DNA from: a candidate division WOR-3 bacterium
GTDB taxonomy: Bacteria; Hydrothermota; Hydrothermia; JBDRYB01
Direction of reading: 5' to 3'
Assembly: GCA_039803205.1 (NCBI GenBank)
Contig: JBDRYB010000005.1
Location: 1 to 64,000 of the forward strand
Length of the DNA: 64,000 nucleotides
Shown: positions 58,747 to 64,000 of the stretch, in pieces
Layout: every line of letters starts with the position of its first letter
How positions within the stretch are numbered: the first letter of the stretch is position 1
Notes under the pieces: model-generated
What the model saw: only the letters and a program-made list of their open reading frames with translations
Databases searched by the model: none
What the model was told of the DNA's origin: nothing
Made by a program: the position numbers and the translations under genes

Positions 58747-60024
58747 ATGGAAGACCCCCTCCTCCCCGTGACCGCGGTCGCGGAGATGGAATATTGCCCC
58801 AGGAGCTTCTGGTATCAGGTGGCATTCGGCAGGCGCAAGCTCAGCAACGAGCACATAGCCGAGGGGCTTGAGCAGGACGAGGCAAGGGCCGAAAGGTCTG
58901 ATTCGCCCAATGTGATATACGGGGTGAGGGCCTTTTCCGAGGAGCTGGGCCTTATCGGTTATCTGGACGCGGTGATGACCGAGGCAGGGGAGCTCGTCCC
59001 TGTTGAATACAAGAAGGGAAAGAAAAAGGAATCCGGGACGGACAAACTGACTCTCTGCGCTTTAGCCATGTGCATAGAGGAGACAACCGGCCGGGTTGTT
59101 CGGCGCGGGTATCTCTATTACACAGCATCCCGAACCCAAATTGAGGTGAGTTTCACGGATGTGAACGCATCCTCGTCCGCCATGCGCTTCTTCATGCAGG
59201 AAGGCATTGACCTGGTCTTCATGTCCGCGCACGGCAGGTTTCAGGGACGCCTGCAGGCCCAAAGCCCCAGGAACATAATGCTCAGGATAGCCCAGTTTCA
59301 GAGGTGGAGGGACGAGGCTTTTGCCCAGGAGATGTGCAGGGCTTTTGTCATTGGCAAGATACGGAACATGCGGATCCTCCTCCAGCGTCAGCTCCGAAAG
59401 CTGGGCCTTGCGGTCCTGAAGGAGGCCGACGATGCGATGGCATTTGCTCTCAGACTGGCCGAGCGGGCCGAAAGCAAGCAATTGCTCCTCGGTATAGAGG
59501 GAACCGCGTCCGCGGCCTACTTCAAGGGCCTCGCGGAGCTGTTCTCTCTTGAGGGTTTTGATTTCCCGACCAGAACAAGGCGCCCACCGCTTGATCCGGC
59601 AAACGCGCTTCTGTCATTCCTTTATTATCTCCTTGGAAAGGATGTTGAGTCCGCGCTGCTGGCCGCAGGACTTGATCCCTATCTCGGGTTTTATCACTCC
59701 CTGAAATACGGGAGGCCAGCCCTGGCTCTGGACCTCATGGAGGAATTCAGACCCGTTATTGCGGATTCAGTGGCCCTTACCCTAATCCGAAAGCGAATCC
59801 TCACCCCCGAGGACTTCAAATGCACCCTTGGCGTCTGGGAAATAAAAGATGGGGCTAGGAAAAAGGTCTACCGGGCATACGAGGAGCGGCTTAACAGCGT
59901 GGCTGAGCACCCGGTTCTGGGCAGGAAATACTCAGCCCGGCGGATCATAGAGGCGCAAGCGAGGCTCATGGCAAAGGTAATAGAGGGAGACTGGCCTCGT
60001 TATGAACCTTACACGATAAGATGA
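58747..60024 (+). CDS. cas1: Cas4-Cas1 fusion with an internal deletion (possibly non-functional)
   Basis: Cas4 part EYCPR, GYLDAV, PVEYKKG, GYLYY; Cas1 part LGIEG, RRPPLDPANALLS, GFYH, ALDLMEEFRP; junction near 59160. Confidence 0.85.
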   Translation: MEDPLLPVTAVAEMEYCPRSFWYQVAFGRRKLSNEHIAEGLEQDEARAERSDSPNVIYGVRAFSEELGLIGYLDAVMTEAGELVPVEYKKGKKKESGTDKLTLCALAMCIEETTGRVVRRGYLYYTASRTQIEVSFTDVNASSSAMRFFMQEGIDLVFMSAHGRFQGRLQAQSPRNIMLRIAQFQRWRDEAFAQEMCRAFVIGKIRNMRILLQRQLRKLGLAVLKEADDAMAFALRLAERAESKQLLLGIEGTASAAYFKGLAELFSLEGFDFPTRTRRPPLDPANALLSFLYYLLGKDVESALLAAGLDPYLGFYHSLKYGRPALALDLMEEFRPVIADSVALTLIRKRILTPEDFKCTLGVWEIKDGARKKVYRAYEERLNSVAEHPVLGRKYSARRIIEAQARLMAKVIEGDWPRYEPYTIR

Positions 60025-60308
60025 GCGGATTGGTTCACTTTATCCTCGGATATGACATCCAGGACGATGACCGTAGGAACGCGCTCTTCAAGGCCCTGGG
60101 CAGGTTTGGATACAGGGTGCAGTTCAGTGTGGTTGAGGGGAGGCTCACCCCAACCGAGTTCGTTAAGCTCAAATACACGGTCAAACGGCTCATCAATCCG
60201 AGGGAGGACAGGGTTCTCATAGTTGTCCTCTGCGAGAAGTGCCGAGAGAAGATAATACGTATGGGCACACAGTCTGACCTGCCCGACCAGGACATCGTGA
60301 TCATATAG
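60021..60308 (+). CDS. cas2: Cas2
   Basis: ILGYDIQDDDRR, FGYRVQFSVVE, LCEKC. Confidence 0.93.
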   Translation: MSGLVHFILGYDIQDDDRRNALFKALGRFGYRVQFSVVEGRLTPTEFVKLKYTVKRLINPREDRVLIVVLCEKCREKIIRMGTQSDLPDQDIVII

Positions 60309-60519
60309 CCGCGAGGATAGACTGGGGACGATTTATAAGCCGAGATGAAATCGGCCATCTCGCATTTGAGTTTTTCCCTGGAGATGGCCGATCAAAGACT
60401 ACATAAGGCACAGAAGGTAAATTTTCGGTTGCAAAACCCCCTTGACATGGACTATAATTTGGAGGTGGCCGAAAAAGCCATTTGAGCTCTTTGATAAATC
60501 GTGTTTTGCTGATGGGTAT
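60309..60519 (+). promoter_or_regulatory. CRISPR leader with a sigma70-like promoter
   Basis: TTGCAA (60429-60434), N18, TATAAT (60453-60458); lies between cas2 and the first repeat. Confidence 0.7.
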
Positions 60520-63500
60520 CCGACAACTTCTCTAATTCCCTCCGGGGAATGGAAACACGATAATTGTGGGCGCCGCTGGAACGGGAAAAACTACCGACAA
60601 CTTCTCTAATTCCCTCCGGGGAATGGAAACAGCAAGAGAAACAGGATTATGGCGCCGGCTATGAGCCGACAACTTCTCTAATTCCCTCCGGGGAATGGAA
60701 ACACCGCTATCACACCGTCAGCGCTCGTTCGCTTCCAACCCCGACAACTTCTCTAATTCCCTCCGGGGAATGGAAACGGCTATATCCACTGGCAACGAAG
60801 TTCCGTCAAATAGCTCCGACAACTTCTCTAATTCCCTCCGGGGAATGGAAACAATAAGATGACACCTGAGCTGTGGGAAATGTTAGATAGCCGACAACTT
60901 CTCTAATTCCCTCCGGGGAATGGAAACGATTGTGGGAGGCAAGGCCCGAGTGCAGGCCAATTGCCGACAACTTCTCTAATTCCCTCCGGGGAATGGAAAC
61001 GGACTGCTGGATGTCCCTCATGGGCTACGCGGCAGTGCCGACAACTTCTCTAATTCCCTCCGGGGAATGGAAACTTTTCCCGTTTTCGAGTTTGTCAAGG
61101 TGCTTAGAAGATCCGACAACTTCTCTAATTCCCTCCGGGGAATGGAAACAATAAAAGTGCCAGTAGGCTCAATGCCATTCTCTTTCCGACAACTTCTCTA
61201 ATTCCCTCCGGGGAATGGAAACATTCCTATGTGATTTTCCCTGGCTCAGAGAGTATTCCGACAACTTCTCTAATTCCCTCCGGGGAATGGAAACTGAACT
61301 CTTGGCAAAACAGTTCTCTATTGCTGTAGTCCGACAACTTCTCTAATTCCCTCCGGGGAATGGAAACGACCATCTTTCGACCAGGCACGGGTCTATTTTG
61401 AAATCCGACAACTTCTCTAATTCCCTCCGGGGAATGGAAACTCTCCTTTTTACGCGCTTCATTTGTTGAGGGGTTGAACCCCGACAACTTCTCTAATTCC
61501 CTCCGGGGAATGGAAACAGGAGCTACTTCAACATTTTCAGATGTAGCAATAGAATCCGACAACTTCTCTAATTCCCTCCGGGGAATGGAAACTATGTCAT
61601 CAACCGGGTCTTGCGAGCGTCCGGCTATTCCGACAACTTCTCTAATTCCCTCCGGGGAATGGAAACAACCTATAATCCCTCCACGAGAAATTTGGAAGCG
61701 AGTGACCGACAACTTCTCTAATTCCCTCCGGGGAATGGAAACCGTAATAGCTTTGGCTCTTGCGGTCTGGGGTGCAAGGACCCGACAACTTCTCTAATTC
61801 CCTCCGGGGAATGGAAACCATAGCCATCAGAACTGCTTCAGCTTCTGCCTGGCTTTCCGACAACTTCTCTAATTCCCTCCGGGGAATGGAAACTGTCTTA
61901 TAGTATATATCATAAAGAAGCTTTGTTGCCCGACAACTTCTCTAATTCCCTCCGGGGAATGGAAACACAGACATAGCAAGAAGCATAGAACGCCGTGGAA
62001 CCAAAGCCGACAACTTCTCTAATTCCCTCCGGGGAATGGAAACATCTGCTGTCTCAGCAGTGGCCCGGGCTAGAAGAGCACCGACAACTTCTCTAATTCC
62101 CTCCGGGGAATGGAAACCTGGCGATCTTTCACTTATCCGCCAGCCCGAATATTATACCGACAACTTCTCTAATTCCCTCCGGGGAATGGAAACGCCACTA
62201 TGGATATGATGTCATATGTTGCTTTCATTCCGACAACTTCTCTAATTCCCTCCGGGGAATGGAAACGGTTCTCTCAAGTATTTGAGCATAGCTCCATCCC
62301 CCCGACAACTTCTCTAATTCCCTCCGGGGAATGGAAACGGATCATAGTAGGCATTAATACGCTTAGGCAACAAACCGACAACTTCTCTAATTCCCTCCGG
62401 GGAATGGAAACATTGACCCTCAAACCCGACTTTCTGGCCTAGTTCCGCCGACAACTTCTCTAATTCCCTCCGGGGAATGGAAACCGGTTGGGGCAACGCT
62501 GGCCGGGTTGGAGGCTGGCATATTCCGACAACTTCTCTAATTCCCTCCGGGGAATGGAAACGGATAGTGGATGAGGGAGGGGCGGCTTTCTACGACCCCG
62601 ACAACTTCTCTAATTCCCTCCGGGGAATGGAAACAATTACAACTTTTTCTGCTTGTTCTAGTGGTAGATCCTCCGACAACTTCTCTAATTCCCTCCGGGG
62701 AATGGAAACCTCCGGCTGTAAAGGAGAATGTAATCTCGGCCTTGCGCCGACAACTTCTCTAATTCCCTCCGGGGAATGGAAACTGATTACTAATGCTGGT
62801 GCCCGGTTTATCCGCAATATCCGACAACTTCTCTAATTCCCTCCGGGGAATGGAAACCTGACTTTCTGTCAGCCCGAACATTATAAAGCTAAACCGACAA
62901 CTTCTCTAATTCCCTCCGGGGAATGGAAACAATACTGGCTACTTGAGCTTTAAGAGTATCAATCTCAACCGACAACTTCTCTAATTCCCTCCGGGGAATG
63001 GAAACAAAAAAGAGCAGTCTGGCTCCAGAGCTGGCTTTAAGCTGGCCCGACAACTTCTCTAATTCCCTCCGGGGAATGGAAACCCAATGACTCTAAATTT
63101 ATAATCAATATCATCATTAGCCGACAACTTCTCTAATTCCCTCCGGGGAATGGAAACGCAGGGTTTCGATAGGCGATGATGTCCTTGCGGCTCTCCGACA
63201 ACTTCTCTAATTCCCTCCGGGGAATGGAAACGCGGTTTCCTCGCCATAAACCGAGCCAACGAGCCCCGACAACTTCTCTAATTCCCTCCGGGGAATGGAA
63301 ACTCGCTCATCGAGCACACACTCGTCCATTTATCTTTTGCCCCGACAACTTCTCTAATTCCCTCCGGGGAATGGAAACAAATTGCCTCACTAATGCTTCG
63401 GCTATCTCTTGGGGGCCGACAACTTCTCTAATTCCCTCCGGGGAATGGAAACACATAGTAGTTAAATGCACTATACCTGGTTCAATAGGCCGACAACTTC

Positions 63501-63674
63501 TCTAATTCCCTCCGGGGAATGGAAACTTCTTAGGGAAGCTAGTTTGGGATCAACGAAGTCAGCCGACAACTTCTCTAATTCCCTCCGGGGAATGGAAACG
63601 CATCCGGTTTCACAGGCAATAGGTATTTTGCCGTTCACCGACAACTTCTCTAATTCCCTCCGGGGAATGGAAAC
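60520..63674 (+). CRISPR. CRISPR array: 43 repeats of 37 bp (CCGACAACTTCTCTAATTCCCTCCGGGGAATGGAAAC) and 42 spacers of 34-41 bp
   Basis: Counted by hand; first repeat 60520-60556, last 63638-63674; the 3' GAAAC end and the leader give the orientation. Confidence 0.99.
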
Positions 63675-63848
63675 GATTATCTCCCGCACAATTTCAAGCC
63701 ATTTTCTGCGCGAACGAGTCTCAATAAGAGAAAGGGTGGCATGGGAGTTCCTTACTCCACGAGGTGAGGAAATGGGTAAGGGCCAGGGATTTGACCTCTC
63801 TTCCCTAGATGATGCTCGGTCTGAGGCGTAGGTGCCCAGCCTGCGCTA

Positions 63849-63998
63849 TCAGAATCCGTTCCTCCGCAATGCCTCCCTCTGATACCTCAGAAACCTCTCT
63901 TTGTGCCTGAAATCCTGGGCCTCATCAACCACGGCCAGCCCCCTCTTTATCAGGTGCGCGTTTATGAAGGTTCTGTTCCACAGGTAAAGGTAGACAGG
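63849..63998 (-). CDS. C-terminus of a thermonuclease (SNase)-like domain protein, possibly a DNA MTase-SNase fusion (runs off the right edge)
   Basis: PVYLYLWNRTFINAHLIKRGLAVVDEAQDFRHKERFLRYQREALRRNGF*. Confidence 0.55.
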   Translation of the reverse strand, partial: PVYLYLWNRTFINAHLIKRGLAVVDEAQDFRHKERFLRYQREALRRNGF

Positions 63999-64000
63999 GG

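Noticed and set aside
62412..62447. Spacer sharing AAACCCGACTTT with the MITE left end
   Set aside because: Only 12 bp match and the rest differs; consistent with chance.
63675..63750. Degenerate 44th CRISPR repeat
   Set aside because: Similarity to the consensus is too weak.
60564..63831. Many ORFs with repeated PTTSLIPSGEWK, DNFSNSLRGMET or VSIPRRELEKLS peptides
   Set aside because: They are translations of the CRISPR repeat.
1..64000. tRNA, rRNA, SRP RNA near dnaX, or a cobalamin riboswitch before the BtuF-like or TonB genes
   Set aside because: None recognised by eye and the upstream gaps are too short; a covariance-model search would be needed to exclude them fully.

Overview
Bacterial chromosomal window of moderate GC content. 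It probably comes from a diderm of the FCB neighbourhood (WOR-3-like); this is an inference from the many T9SS-like C-terminal domains and very short signal peptides. Left to right: the end of an IS1380-like transposase next to a GANTC-type (HinfI/HpyAIV-like) restriction-modification pair; a yidD-TPR module; recF-dciA-gyrB; a reverse operon OMP-P-loop ATPase-dnaX-ybaB-recR; two patches of IS debris (about 14.7-15.9 kb and 18.1-19.2 kb); envelope and housekeeping genes (GT39, BtuF-like, HtrA, ppm1-like, hflX, pruA, TonB receptor, fadD-like); and many secreted CTD proteins. After these come a TPR-SARP/BTAD regulator divergent from six tandem secreted beta-propeller genes, and a type I-A-like CRISPR-Cas locus with 43 repeats and 42 spacers. 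Main findings: (1) the regulator plus six-gene array has SARP-like heptamer repeats, a near-identical 57-bp 3' cassette about every 1.54 kb, and a covarying intergenic hairpin whose loop is complementary to the next gene's SD; (2) cas8a carries a strong in-frame internal SD+ATG that would yield a Cas11/Csa5-like protein; (3) cas4 and cas1 are fused with an internal deletion; (4) at least seven genes start exactly 6 nt after a -10 hexamer, suggesting leaderless mRNAs; (5) many secreted proteins have ultra-short uncharged N-termini ending in Gln; (6) a 202-bp MITE-like element. All calls come from reading the sequence by eye; no database searches were run.
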